Source: Lama glama (lineage: Eukaryota). Taken from it: 64,000 nt of DNA. Both the position numbers and the translations under genes were made by a program. Where the stretch lies: contig CM052816.1 of assembly GCA_028534125.1 (NCBI GenBank), positions 11,224,001 to 11,288,000 on the forward strand, given 5' to 3'. Below are positions 39,287-53,916 of the stretch, piece by piece (position 1 is the stretch's first letter; each line of letters begins with the position of its first letter). The notes under the pieces are model-generated. The model was not told the origin of the DNA, did no database searches, and was given only the letters and a program-made list of their open reading frames with translations.

Positions 39287-39964
39287 CTGTAATATACAGA
39301 TATGAAAGCCATGTGTATACTACAGAAACCAAGTCTGTAAACAAATCAGTACTATGAAATATCCTCCTTGATTCATCAAAATTCATAACTTCTATGCTGT
39401 TTTAAAAAGCTGTAAGACCACCACATAATTCCTCTAATCCATTATATAAAAAGAAAACACATTCCCTTCAAGTACACTGGGTAGGGAGAACGAAAAAAAA
39501 GAGGTGAATCCAAAGTATGGGGAGGGGTGAAGGGAAAAACATATTTAAAACTGGAGAAGGCAAAAGGCTCAAAACAAGGTTTTCCTAAACAAAGACTAAT
39601 TTTTTGATGGTAGACTGATGATTCAACATATAAACTTCACTACGTATAATATAAAATGCTATGGACAATTATAATACTGAGCACCCCTAACCAAATGGAA
39701 CATTTCATTGATATTCTCTAAGGACACTGCTCCCACCCCTGAGCTCTTGGGGAAAGCACATAATGATGACTGTTTATAAAAGGAAGAGAAAGTATGACAA
39801 AGACAAAAAACAGAAGGAACAGAAGGAAGAAAGGTAACATTTTCTTTCTTCAATCAGTTTAGAGGGAGAGGAATAGAGCATATGTTAAAAATCCCTTTAA
39901 TGCCCTTGTAAAGTAACTGAAAAGTGAGTTATCTGTGTCTTCCTAATTAAAGATAAACACAAAC

Positions 39965-40056
39965 CTTCGTTCACTTGATTCTGAACGAGTCTTCTGGGGA
40001 CTGGGATACTTCTTTTTTCTGCCATCTCGTTCCTCCTCTGCTGGCTCCTGAAATAC
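39965..40056 (-). CDS. RBM27: RBM27 exon 4 (92 nt)
   Basis: VFQEPAEEERDGRKKKYPSPQKTRSESSER; donor AG|GTTTGT. Confidence 0.94.
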
Positions 40057-41219
40057 CTATATGAAAATACTTATTAGAAACAAGAACAGTCCTTCTATAA
40101 ATTATAAAACCCATCCACCTGATAATCCTTCTGGCACAAGAGAGGGCACAAATATGCTGAAATACTGAAGTCAAATCACATCCCAAAAAGTTGGGCAGGT
40201 AAAGGAAGAGGTAAAAACGATGCTGAAATTACTTTACCAGCAATATGTTAATTTTTAAATGTTAATTTAAAGTAGAGAACAGCAGTGTAGGAGGAAAACA
40301 GCAATTCACTCTTTAAATTGAAACAGCAGAAATTACAAATCTCTAAGTATCATACAGCAAAATGCTTTATGTTTTCGTAACTACAAAATATATTCATACA
40401 TATAATTCATTTGAAGAGAACTTCAGATTTATTTCATAGAAAAGGTTTCAGGAACAAATGGTTAAGTTAACAAATGCTATAAAACTAAGTATTTCATGTG
40501 TATTGTGGAAAAGTAGTATTGGAATTAATGAAAATGTTACGGCTTCTTTTAACACCTAATAGTCAAGACTGACTAGAAATTGAGAACTAGTGATTCTAGT
40601 ATTGCTTTTAAACAGTTAACCTCAAAACAAATATATGGCCTTTACTAGAGGTGAACTAAAGACACTGTAAGAGCTAACAAATGCCCATCTAATGGGGAAG
40701 CTCACTTAAAAACACACAAATCAGGAAGTGAATGAATGGAACAGATGACGATAATTTAGCAAAACTCAGGCTACATAAAATGGCAGCCACAATATGGCAA
40801 CCATACGGTGCTGGCAAAAACACCCTACAATTATTAGACTATATTTAAAAACCATTTTCTCTATCAATTTACAGGAAATAGAGGGTATATTACTCCACTG
40901 AGATGCAACCAGCAAAATCCAGACAATAAAAAAAAACTCCTTAAGACAAATGGCTGGGTTTCTTTAATAAAATAAAATTTAAAGAAAAAAAGAGATGAGG
41001 AAAGAAGAAGAGAAACATATAGGTAAGTATGGTGGGGAGATTTAAAGATTAAAAGAGACCTAAAAGGTATCAACTTGGACATCTTTTCCCTTCTTTTTGC
41101 TTTTCAACATTTTCTAAGGTCTTTTTTGATAGAAATGTATTAATTCACTCTTTAAATTTTCTAATTTTAGGAAACTAATTTTCTAAACTACTTTCTAATT
41201 AGTTTTTCTAATAGGAAAA

Positions 41220-41750
41220 ACTATTCTTAAAAAGTCAAAAGATCTAAGAGAAAAAACATAAGACCAAACAAAAACTTGTATATGAATGTTAACAGCAGCA
41301 TTATTAATAACAGTCAAAAAGTATTAACTATTTGTCTATTAATCCAAATACCCATCAACTGATGAAGAAAACATGATATACCCATAAATGGAGTACTATT
41401 CAGCCACGAATAAAGACGAACTGATACACGCATTATGCTAAGTGGAAGAAGCCAGTCACAAAAGACTACATACTGTCTAATTCCTTTTATATGAAATGTG
41501 CAGAATAGGCCAATCCAAAGAGACTGAAAATAGATTAGTGGTAGTTATGGTCGGGGTTAAGTGGGGGAAGAGCACTTAGAAGATGATGGCTTAAGTATGG
41601 GAGTTTCTTTTTTGAATGATGAAAATGTTCTAAAACAGATTGTGGTGATGGCTGCACAATTCTGAATACAAAAAGCACTACATTTGTACACTTTAAATAG
41701 GTGAATTGTAAGGTGGATGAATTACATCTCAATAAGCTGTTTAAAAAAAA
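41220..41750 (+). mobile_element. L1MB-like 3' end
   Basis: aaacttgtatatgaatgtt...gctaagtggaagaagccagtcacaaaagactacatactgt...tacatctcaataagctgtttaaaaaaaa. Confidence 0.7.
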
Positions 41751-42596
41751 TCAAAGGGCATGCATAATACAGATGAATCTCATATAATAATGAGTTAAAG
41801 AAGCTAGACAAAAGATTGTGTGACTTTTACATCCAGGAAGCATCAGTATAGGTTTTAAGGGAGCCCAACTCATGATTCCAATGGACGATGGAAAACATAA
41901 CAAGATATCAAGAAATCAAAAGCAGTATGAGTGAAGTCTTATTTAGCAACCTGTGGTACACTGCCAAACGTGATTTTAAATCTCAAATATGATATTTAAG
42001 TGGAGAATGAGTGCATCCTTGCTCTATAACTAAATAAAATGCTTGATTTGTACAGATTTAAAAAAAAAGATTATACGATTCTTGTTATATAAAATGGAAA
42101 AAACAGTACATGGTATTAGAAGAATAGTTATCCTGGGGAGAGGGAAGTGAGAAGCAGTAAGAAAGAGGGAATCAGGAATAAGGGAGAGAAAATTGAAAAA
42201 AAAAAAAAAGCGAGACATCTCAACCAACTTGATTATTTAAATCGTGATTCAAACAAACGGGATGGGGCACCGCAGGGAAACGGATGTTTATGAACAGTTA
42301 GAAATTTAAACACTGATTGGGTATCTGATGATATTAAGGAGTTATTATTTCTATATATGATAAAAAATTTGTAAATAGAACCATTTAGAAATATCTACTA
42401 GTATTTACAGATGAATGACATCATATCTGGAATTTGTTTCAAAATAATTTAAGAGGATGGGAAGTGGTTGAAGATACAAGAAAAAAAAAAACTGTCCATG
42501 GATCTATAACTATTGAAGTTGAAATGAGGACTTCACAGGGGCTCATTATATTACTTTGGCTTCTTTCAGACATTTTCACAATAAAAACCTTTTCAG

Positions 42597-42697
42597 TGGG
42601 GATTAGGTTTATTTATTTATTTTAATGGAGGTAATGGGGATTGAACTCAGGACCCCATGCGTGCTAAGCATGCACTCTACCACTGAGCTATATACCC
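42597..42697 (-). mobile_element. tRNA-Ala-derived SINE (camelid vic-1-like)
   Basis: Minus strand GGGTATATAGCTCAGTGGTAGAGTGCATGCTTAGCACGCATGGGGTCCTGAGTTCAATCCCC followed by (AAAT)n; Pol III A box 42680-42690, B box 42638-42648. Confidence 0.8.
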
Positions 42698-45600
42698 TGT
42701 TAAACAAAAATAATCTGTATTCTTTTCTATTTTAAATAAATTTTCTAGAATTTCCTGTGGCAAGGGTAATTTTCTCCACAATTCAACTTTCATTCTGAAA
42801 TGAGTTACACGGCACTAAATTGCTTTTTATTTTTCTTGAACTAATATGAAGTATACACACAGACTTCATACTCCAAAACCTCTTACCTACTTTGATTCTA
42901 CTATTCTAAGAATATGAAAAGATTTCTTTCTAGAATCAGATTATGACCAGGTATGCTAATTTTAAAAGTTTTTCTTCTATGTTGCCCTGATTTCAATTTT
43001 TCTATCTCACACCCTCTTCTAGAAGTTTGATCATTACACACTATTTAAGAAGTTTTAATTATTTATTATCTTCATCTATCATGGCTACACGTCTTGAGAG
43101 CGTTCATTCCACTGGAACATTTTAGATATAAAAGTATACTAAATAAATATGCAGATGGGGCAGGATTGACCATGGGTTGATGAGTTGCTAGAGCTGGGTG
43201 ATGAATACATGGGAAGAATTCACTGCATTATTTTGTCTCCTTTTGATGTATAATGAAAATTCTCTACAACAGGTATTTGTTTAATCGGAATGAAATAAAG
43301 ATATTTTCAGAAAAACCAAAGGGGGGAGACTGTGCCAGAGGCTCTTATACTTCCAGTCATAAATCCATGTATTAGACTAAGAAAAACTGCCTTCTAACAT
43401 TTCAGATGACTGTGGCATAGTGTGAATAAGGTATTATAACATCAAAGATCTACTACCTTCATGGATTATTCTTCACATGTTCATGAACTCAGACACAAAG
43501 GGTAAGGGGTTTAATGACAGCAAATTCAGAAGTAATTTTCCAGCTATAGATAGAACGCATTGTACTTCATAAATCATGGCACAAGGGGGAGGGGAAAAAA
43601 TCATGTATACCAAGTGTTTTTCTAGCACCAGGATGAGTTGTGTCAATGATCCAAATTCTCTCACCTGGTTCCCTGTGTGACCAATAGTAGTCTTATTGTA
43701 AAACTGATGGTACAATGCAACTGGGGACCAAGGAAAAAAGTTTTAAGTGGCTAGTCCTCAGATTTGCTCCTCTGTCCCCTGCTCAGAGCAACGGCATTAA
43801 CTGAGCACAGGTGAGAAAAACAGACAATTAGCCAAAGGTAGTGCTACCTGAAATCCCTTTCCTTTGATGTTCGCCAACAATTACTATAAACTACTATATT
43901 TATACACTATTATGAGCTATTATTTGTTAGTAATCACACTTAAGTTATGTACAAAAGCTTAAAAAAATGCAGAAAATGCCAGACAGCATCATGTAGGGTA
44001 CTTATACATAGAAGTTGAAATCCATTTTTTGTAATTTTCGAAATTGGGATTTACTACAAAGATACAAAATGAAATAGTGCAACAACTTGGGGTTTTTTAA
44101 CTTTTCTTTCAAAACTCAAGATAATGCAATTTTCTTCTTATATTCAAATGAGTTGTCTTTCAAACAGACACTTCTATTTCACTGAACTTCAATGACTGTG
44201 AAAAAGGACATGTGCTACAAAAATTTTAACTTATATTGTAAAGAGATTTAATCTATACTGTAGACCAAAAATTATACACTATCAGGTATGGAAGAAAAGT
44301 TTCTTCCTATTTCCATTACTTGAAACATACCGGGATCTCCTTGTACTTTAGAAAGACTTTATGAGACAATTAGAGGGCATGAGCAAAAACAAAAAGTGAC
44401 AGTAATCTCAATTGATTTGAATTAAGTATAGCTACATTTTGTTTTCTTTAATGTTGGATCAGTTCAATCAGGCTAGCATTTTAAAACGTATCAGAAAGGA
44501 CAATTAAATGCAATATGTGATCTTTAGAATGAATCGTGTACTGGAGAGAAAAAAAACATGCTATAAAAAAGGGACAATGTTGGGGTAACTGACAAAACTG
44601 GAAAATAGTAATTTAAAGTGTTTTATCGATGTTAAATTTACAGAAACTGATAATGGTACTCAAGCTATCTAAGAGAATATCCTTATTCATATGAAATACA
44701 CAGAGTATTTAGGAGTCCAGAGTCATGATTTATCCAACTTATCCCCAAATGATTCAGAAAAACAAAAGTTCTCAGTGCAGATATATAAGGAGAGCAAATG
44801 GGGCAAATTTTCAATAGATGAATCTAGGTACATGGTATAGCACATATCTGGGGTACTATTCTTGTAATTTTTCTATAAATTTTCAAATGATACCCAAATA
44901 AAAAATTTATTAAATAATTATAAGAAAACAAAAATTGGAAAATATTTTTGTATAATAATCAACATTTACGTGCCAGGCACTGGACTAGGATGTGTGTGTA
45001 TAAAAAATCTCATTTAACCTTCAGTGAGATAAATCATAGATTACTACTATGATCATCATTTTGCTGATGTGAAAATGAAACAAAGAAGTTAAGCAACTTA
45101 CTTTAAAGCTACTAATTTAACTTATGCAGCCTGATTTTAAAGCCCATATTCTAATCATGTAATACTAAATACTGCTGTCTATACATAAAAACAATTACAA
45201 ATAAACTCTTAAAATTTCCTCCTCGGTTCAAACAATTAGACTAAATCACGTTTTTATACTTTAACATTGTAAAAACATTCTTTTTCCTTTTCCTTCCTAT
45301 GTTGACAGTGATGTTTATAGTCATATTAACTATTTTAAAAACTGGTTAAAAAAGAAGAAATGGTTTCTCTATTAATATGAAAATGTGTTACTTAATGATT
45401 TCTCTTGAGGTTTCATTAATGCTTTCCTTTTAGTCAAGCCTCTATATTTAACCAACTTTTCTTTCTCTGAAAGTCACTAGATAAGATTTCCTTGAACTCA
45501 ATGTTATTAAAATACTTCTTGAAACACTAAACAAGCTATCTGAAATTCTTTCAACTCCTCAAGTCCGAGGAACTAAGAAGCTCTGATCAAGAATCTACAT

Positions 45601-45723
45601 CATGCCCAAAACCCAGAAACTTCAATCAAGAAATAACTTCTAAAGAGGTCAACTTCCAACTAAGAATGATACTGGTAATAGGATCTAAGAAGCCCCTAAA
45701 AGCAAAAGGAAACTTTGTGTTAC

Positions 45724-45848
45724 CTCTTCTTTAATTTCTTCTTTTTCTTGGACTGGTGGTTTTGGCTCAGGCTTAACTGGTTCCAAAGGTGGAAGGTAGT
45801 TCTTAGTATAGAGACTTTCAAATAGTTTATCCACAAAACCTGAAGTTT
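45724..45848 (-). CDS. RBM27: RBM27 exon 3 (125 nt)
   Basis: ETSGFVDKLFESLYTKNYLPPLEPVKPEPKPPVQEKEEIKEE; AG/GT boundaries. Confidence 0.96.
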
Positions 45849-47174
45849 CTAAAGAGAAGAAATAGTATTTAATTGTTGCACCAACAAAAACCAGAAGTTT
45901 GACAAAATACTCTACTGGCAAAGGTGAGGAAAGAGAGACATTTTTAGTTCCACCAGCAGTGTATGAAATGACTCTAGCCCTTACGGGGAGAATCCCACTT
46001 CTGGGTTTTAAGATCCTTTGAACACACTTGCACATATACAAAATGATATACATGCAAGACTGTTTGAGTACATAATAGTGCAAGATTGGATACAATCCAA
46101 ATTTCCATGAATAAGAGATTACTTAAATAAATTATGTGACAACTGTACAACAGAACACACAGAATGAGTACTGATAATATCAAACCTCAAAGATACAAGA
46201 TTAAATATTTGTACCTATTTATATTTGCATAAAAAACTCTGAAAGCACACAAAGACGACAAAGTTGTGTACTGGAGGTAGGAAGGGAGCAGGCGAGGTGA
46301 GAGACTTTTAATGGTATACCTTCATATTGTTGGATTAAATGTACTGCTTGCTAAAAATTTTAACTAAAAATATTTCTAAATCAGTTGAAAAATAAATTTT
46401 GACATAAGAATGACATGAAAATTTTTTTGTGTGTTTTACTTAAAGGCTGGTCTATTTAGCAACTTTTTCAGACTAATTGAATGGGGGAGAACCAGATGAA
46501 TTTATTAAAAATTAAATGTAAAAATATTTATATTATGTTATTCAAACCAAATTCAAGTAACTCTCACTGGTCCTACCCTTCAGGAACAGATAAAGAGCAT
46601 ATTAAGAGTACAACACAGACTCTGCTTATAATGCAATTATTAAACATTTTATATAATAGCTATTTCTAAAATGTCAAATTAATTTTTCTTCAGAAAAGCA
46701 TCTTTTCATAAACTTTCTATGCTGTTAATTTGTGCAGTAAGCATTTTCCATGATTATACAACAGTAAGCTCTTATTAACTGTCATACATAACTTTAAGGC
46801 AAATTAATCAAACCATTCAAAAGCCTTTATGATTAAAAGATTTTCTTCACGTTTCTGTATTTCTAAAACATTTCTTAAAACATGTATTACTTTTGCACAT
46901 GTTTTGTCTTTTTAAAAGACATATATCATGACATCTCTAATTAAAACTAAGTAATATAAATTAATACATTTAGAAAAGACAATACTTCTACTGGGGAAGA
47001 ATTCTGTAAGTATTAGAAATGCATACAAAAATGCACAAAAAATATGTAATCCTGTGTTTTAGGTTGAGAATTCATATTTACTGTCTTTTCTTGCTCAGTA
47101 GATACATGATTTAATGCATATCTTCTCATTACCAACAGCTAGATCAATCAGTAAGTATGCATTATCCACATTCT

Positions 47175-47680
47175 GTTGGTCCATTCAACAATATTTACTG
47201 AGTATCTTCTATGTGCCAAGTCTGTAGGTTCTGAGTCTCCACTCTCAACAAAGGGAAAGACAGGGGTGGGTCACACACACATACAAACACACATACAGGC
47301 AAATGAAAACAGAACATGACAGAGAGTAACAAGTACCATGAAAAAAATAAGTAAAAGCAAGGCTGGGATGAGGAGAGAGTGGCTAGGGGCAGAGAGCACA
47401 CTATATTGTATGTAGGGTGCTCAGGGGAAACCACTGTGAGATGATGACATTTGAGAAGAGACCAGAAACCATAAGGGAAGAAACCATGTTTTAAGCAAGG
47501 GTACAGAGAGTTCAAAAGCCTGAGCTGGGAACATGTTTGCCATGCTAAGAAAACAGCAAGATGGTCAGTGTGGCTAGAATGGAACAAGTGGGGAGCAGTA
47601 GGAGATGAGGCAGAGAAGCAGTAGGGAGGCCCTCAGGAAGCTCTGCAGACTATGGACAAGACTCTGGTAAGTAGATGGAA
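47175..47680 (-). mobile_element. L2 fragment
   Basis: cattcaacaatatttactgagtatcttctatgtgccaag...tgacatttgagaagagacc...cagtgtggctagaatgga. Confidence 0.65.
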
Positions 47681-48102
47681 GTTAAAGGTTCAAAGAGAAG
47701 AATATTATGCCCATTTCTTCGTGGATATAAAGAAGCCCCAGCCAAGAAGGAGAAAAACAGCTTCATTTTCCTAATAAACAGTAAGAATAAGCAGCTTCAT
47801 TATCCTTAAATTGTTACCCCTCAACCGTCAACTAGGCTCCACCACAAGCCCCAAAAGACCCATTCTCCTAAAAAGCATTAGCTACCACCGCCTCAATATA
47901 AGAGAGAAGCAGAGAAGGAAAGGGGAAAAAAAGTTTTGTCAAAATATATAATAAATAATTAAGCATGAATAGGTATATTCAAGTATTTAAAGAACCCTGA
48001 CCAGTTTCTTTCCCATTAAGCTTGTATCTTCAAGATTTTATTAGGAAGTTTTAAATTTAAAATCTTTACTTAAATAGTTGGTTGAAGACCTATAATAATT
48101 AC

Positions 48103-48221
48103 CTTTTTGTAAAAATACGTCAAGTTGATCGGCACAAAAGGCTTTCAATTCTTTCTCAGGTTTGTCCTTCTTGACCAGTGCTACAACATAGTTGGCTAAG
48201 GCTGAAGGGTCAGCATCACAT
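48103..48221 (-). CDS. RBM27: RBM27 exon 2 (119 nt), PWI-like domain
   Basis: ctag|A; CDADPSALANYVVALVKKDKPEKELKAFCADQLDVFLQK; donor G|GTAATT. Confidence 0.96.
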
Positions 48222-50370
48222 CTAGTTAGACAAAGAGAAAATAAAAAAATTTATGCATTTTTTCAAACACTGGTGTCACCTTTATTTTGCAAAGCTTAAA
48301 GTCAAAAACTTTATTTTAAAGAGTGGCTGCAAGCACAGGCAACTATTGTAACAAACAGCATATACAAGCTACAAGTAAGATTTTCCTTTTCTGCTTATTT
48401 TTATAAAATAGTTTGTCTCCTATTTTCAATGTTCTAATTATACCCAGCATTTTGGACCAAATCTACATTTGCTCTCGTAATAGGGAAAGGGTGACAACAG
48501 ACCCTTAAGTTGCAGCTTGACTTCCATGCCTGTAGAAACAGGAACTATCTGTCCCATGTGATCACTGAGGAAGGAGAAGGGGAAGGGATGGGACAGCTTT
48601 CCCCATTCCTTATAACTCCAAGCACCAGCATCTAAAAATGGCAATCAATTTCCACTGCTAATCTTCTCAGTGAGTAATTTAAGGGTATTTCTAAAAAGTG
48701 AGAATGCAAGAAGTATGGCACCTCAGATTTTATCGGCAAACACTTTAGCAGCTATAAAGAAAAGATCTGGGAGTTAGAACAGAAAGGATAAGAGAAGTGG
48801 AAAGGGCAGCAGAGATAACCTTTATCTACATCGCTTTTTTCGTAGTCAGTAGTAACCTGACTTTGGCATTCAAAATTATCTCCTACGCCAGGGCAGCACA
48901 TGATCCTTGAGTTGCCAATTCCTGACACATAGTAATCTATCAGAATTAACATTTTATCTATATTACATGAAATAGAACATTTTCATGTTGCAAAAATAAA
49001 TAAATACACATACACATTTATATATTTATATGCTAGTTTTCTCATAAACGTACATTTAAATAACAGATATCCTTCATGGCTTCACAGCATCATTGTAAAG
49101 GTAAAATGAAAAAAATCAGAATGACAGTAAATAAAATCATTATGCAAGCAAAGTTATCATATCCCTATAAGACACTATTCAAATTTAAGTAATCTTATTC
49201 TATAATCCTTAGGCCTCCAAAATCAACCAGAAAGTTAAAAAGTTTCAGCTCAAGAGCATCAATCACATTTCTAATAATTTTATGAGATTAGTATACAAAA
49301 GAAAAACCAAGCACCAACACCCTTACCTCCTTTCCTTTCTACTTTTATGCACCAAATTCTGTTTTACAAAACTTAAAAAAAAAAAAAAAGGTGATGGGCA
49401 AGGGTCAAAATGCCCTAGGAAAGAGCTTAAGTATAAAAAAGATGAGTTACATATTAATTAAAGCAAGCTGGGATTTTTCTTAAATAAAAAATATTACATT
49501 TTGAAGAATTATGAACAGATTACCTTAGTAAGTCTAACTGCTAAATTCTAAAATGGATATATAGCATTTCCACTTTCAAAAAATATTACCCACGCCATGC
49601 CTACCTTTGCTCTTCCATAAACACCTTAAAATAAAAACAGGTAAGTAGACTTAATTTCACTCTTGAGAACAATAAGATATTTGATCAGTATACTTCTAAT
49701 CAACATTCAAATGGAGAGAGGGGAAAAAAATTACATTTCTATCCTTACTTAGAAAGCTCAGATCCTGAATAAGGAAGATATTCTAGGTATTTTTTAAAAC
49801 AAGTACAAATGGCAGAAAAGAAGCAACATTATTTTCTCTGGTGTTATGAGAACCTCCACGGAGTCTCATGACCTGACAGGTGTTAACGCTGCATAAGGAT
49901 ATGAGGTTTCTAATGAGAAACAGGCAAAACTCAGATTACTGGATAAATGAGACGGGTTAAACAAACCCAGATATCTTATACACATATTTAGCATTCAGAC
50001 TCTGAAACACAAATGTAGAGTTAGGCTGCTTCTGATGAAATACATTTTGATGTGATAGTGGTAAAACTCAAGATGAACAGTTACAAGAAGGTAACAGAAA
50101 AAGACTGCACACAAGAGAAGAGAGTGATCACAGGTTCCAAATATTTGTTTAAGATGAGTGAACAACTGACTGTTAATAACTGATAGTTAGAATTCTGCAC
50201 CAAATACAAAAGCATGTTTACAGCCAAAGGAAAGGGACAATTTAAACATAAAAGCTCCTAACATGCATCCATAAAGTGCACTATGAAGGAAATTGCCCAT
50301 CTGAAATAATGAGTCACACCAATTAAACGGTGAAACTTAAATACATAGGGGCGTTTTATGCTGTAATTTT

Positions 50371-50465
50371 TTTAATAACATTTTTTATTGAGTTATAGTC
50401 ATTTTACAATGTTGTGTCAAATTTCAGTGTAGAGCACAATTTTTCAGTTATACATGAACATACAC
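50371..50465 (-). mobile_element. Short L1 3' end with perfect 13-bp TSD
   Basis: ttttttattgagttatagtcattttacaatgttgtgtcaaatttcagtgtagagcac; atgctgtaatttt at 50358-50370 and 50466-50478. Confidence 0.8.
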
Positions 50466-53400
50466 ATGCTGTAATTTTCTGTACCTTTATGATTGGTCTT
50501 ATTTATTCTTTCATCACCCCATACCATATAATCTTTAAAAACTGACAATTACAATACTATAGCAGCTATAGTACCAATACTAACAGTAGCCCAACAAGAC
50601 TTCCAGAAGTGTGTCACAAAAATCTGAGTATGACTACTGAAGACCCTTGATAGATTATAAGACAAATGCAGGGCCACTTCCTACTTCTCTTACACAAAAA
50701 AGCAGTACCCAAAGAGAGTAAAATCTTTTAGCTCTTTATTTGTAACTAAAGCTTATGGAAATTCGTTTCTGCTTAACTACAGGGACAAGTATATTTTGGA
50801 ATGAAAGATTTTAAAATTTTGGATCCATAGCGATGTCAAACACATACGTTTCTAGACAAAAAAGGGGCTTCTATTATAACAAAGGGATTAGAAAAGGTAA
50901 TAGCATCCACCTGAAAATACTACTCTGCTATAGCCTTTAAAAGGTCTTAACAGCATAATCAATGAGTTGTTGCTCATTTTATAGATACTTAAATTTATAA
51001 GTATGTGAAAAATTAAGTGATCCAGTCAAGATCAGGCAGATAGCACACCTGAGGAACTAAAACTCAGCTGCAATTCCACTCAAGTAATATCTATCATAGC
51101 ACACACATTTTCCTAATGTTTATCTGCACAACAAATTAATGTATTCTAAATGTCAATCAATAATCACCTTTCAGTTAAAATAAAGACCCAACAGAAGAAA
51201 TTCCCTAATGTTTAATGGAAGTTACCAATGAGGATTCCCTAAAATTCACATCTTGTATTATGTTCCAATTATCTTTAATTAAAAAAAAATCAATTAGAAT
51301 GAATTGTTATCAGGGGAAGTTAATAGTAATATTGCCTTAAAAAATGTCTTCTTGGAAAAAATCTCAAATTTATCTTTTTCTTCTTTAATGAACTCTCCAT
51401 TGCAGGTATACGACATCTGCTAAGCTAGCACCTAAGCTTTACAGAATTCAGGCATATACCTAATTCCAAGACCAAAGAGTAAAGGTCCTCCCTCACCTTA
51501 GGCCCTATGCCAAGAAACACCACTAGAAATCCATTACAGTGTATTTGTTTTAGGAAATAGCCAAGACTACTTAAATCTTTTCCATTTTCAGAAAAATCTA
51601 TATGTTTCTGAATATGGGCTGTTTTAAGTTCTACCTCACTATGATTTTTGTTTCACAGGCAAGACAACTAATGAATATGCTATTGGACCACAGGGGGAAA
51701 AAAACCTTCTGATCCTAATGTGTATCAACAGCCATTAAAAATTTCATATTCTTTGACTAGTAATTGTACTTATGGGAAACTAGTCTTAGGAAATAAAGCC
51801 AAATATACAAAATACTCTGGGTACCTAAGAGACACCATACATACATTTCTGTGTTTGCGTATTATATAAAAACAGAATTACTTTTAACAGAAAAAGTCTG
51901 TTAAAAATAGGTAAACACTCTTACTGCTGAATGATTACAAAACATTAGGCATCCAAAGTGATCCTGATAATAACAATATACAAATATGAAAATGCTTCTG
52001 ATATGTCAACTGGAGAAATCAAGATAAAAAATTTTATATTTGAGTCTGATTATTGCTACATGAAAGTTAATATACAGAAGAGAAACTAGAAATAAATATA
52101 CACAAATAATTTTATTCTTTCCACATTTTCTATAATGCAATAATTCTTTTACTTTTACTTTATAAAAAAGAAATAAAAAAACAAGTCTGACTCTGAGATC
52201 TTTGTTCAGAATATCCCTTTGATAAGACAGTACTGAAAAAATAAAATTTGAGTTGATTTTATCAAAGAGTATAGGTAAGTAACTCTTAATTTCTAAGATG
52301 TTAACTCATATTAAGACATACAAATACTGGTACTTCTACTTCTTTTCGAATGAAGGCTTTCATCTTCCCTTAGTTAGGGACTTTCATGAATGAATACAAT
52401 GTGGAAGAAAAGACCCCTGGAGTGGTTTAGGGCCAGGGAACATACAGATAGGTCTCTCAGTTGCAAACACCATTGTGATATCTGGACTGTGGCTCCTAGC
52501 ACAGTAGCCACCAGCTAAGAATAGCCAGAAAATTAGACTATTTAAAAAAAAAAACTTACTTTTTCTAATTGTGACCAACCTAAATACACATATGAGGACA
52601 CTGATTCATTTAATCATTTACTAAATGTTAACTAAATGCCAAGCATCTTGCTGAATAATTGGAACTACTTTGAGGAAGACAGATCTTGCTCTGCAGTCAC
52701 ATGGCCAAGAGATGGAAATGAAAACAAATAATTATAGTACAGAATATCAAATGGTTAAAAAAAAAGATTAATAATGAAGTAACAACACTGTGAGAGGATG
52801 AGACAAGACAGCGGTAGGAAACATGAGGCTATAAAAGCAACTTCTGGCTTCTAGCCTATAGCAGTTGGGCCAGGGAGAATGAAGTCAGACATATTTAAGA
52901 GGCAGACCAAAGGACATAAGAACAAATATGGCTTGACTTAGTATACTAAAACTTGCCGAGAAGTCTTTTGGTCAAAATAAGACCTTTTCTATGAAACACT
53001 GAATGGTCTCCTTAAAAAGTCCCACAGGACTTTAGAGGCACACTAATTCTTCAAAGCCAGTAAGTAAATTGTAAGCCACTTTGTAAATTATCAGTACTTC
53101 TCAGTCTTTAGAACATACCTCCAAAATACTCGTTTTACCCTAGTAGTTTATTTATCAAGGAGGTCAAGCCTAACAGCTGCTATGTGGTGATTTTTCTTCC
53201 CATTTGAGCAACTGCAGAGATTACTAGTCAGAGTTAACTTGATAAGGATTGCAAACTTATAAGCAGCATGTAAACTTAAGAGTTCAAAGTATACACCCCC
53301 GACCAATGAACCAATGAAATGATCTAGTCAATGAACCTTATTGCTGCCCTTCCCACGATACTCAGAAATGACACATACTCAATCTTCTAGCGCATTTTTT

Positions 53401-53916
53401 ACAAAGACCTTATTAAGGCCTGAACTCACAGAAACTGCACATCCAGGGCTCTCACTAGCAGTTCCTGTTCTTACCTTTAGGGCCTGCAATGAGAACCTAG
53501 CTCTGTCATGCGCTAGACTGATATTCTGTAAGGGGCAGCAGTGCTTAATATTAAAAAGAAAAACATTTTTGCAAAAAGAGTTGAATATATTTTCATATTT
53601 CAAAAACCATAAAATTTCATGCATATTTAATGATTCTGAGGTACACAAAGCACTTTTTAGTCTGTAACATTAATACTCATATCATATTCATGAGGTAGGT
53701 AAAAGGCTAATATAATTAACTCTGCTTAATACAGAAAGGTTAGACAATCTCTCCAAAGTCACACAGTGAATCAGAGACAGACAGAAAACTAGAAACTAAA
53801 TGCCCTTTGTCACATAATGATGCTCTACTAGAATAGACAGGTGATAGATAGATGCAACTGTCTAAAAAGTATTACAAACCATCACTCTTTTTAAAACATG
53901 GACCAAGACAAAATTT

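Noticed and set aside
36255..39357. Antisense ORFs over exons 5-7 (36255-36608, 36314-36562, 38142-38327, 39105-39357)
   Set aside because: Shadows of GC-rich repetitive coding sequence, which depletes stops on the opposite strand
42626..42697. Functional tRNA-Ala gene
   Set aside because: Acceptor and T stems pair poorly and the sequence runs into an (AAAT)n tail, so it is a SINE rather than a tRNA
48444..48564. Possible 121-nt cryptic exon above exon 2
   Set aside because: Good pyrimidine tract and AG but a weak donor (TGG|GTATAA); such pseudo-exons are common
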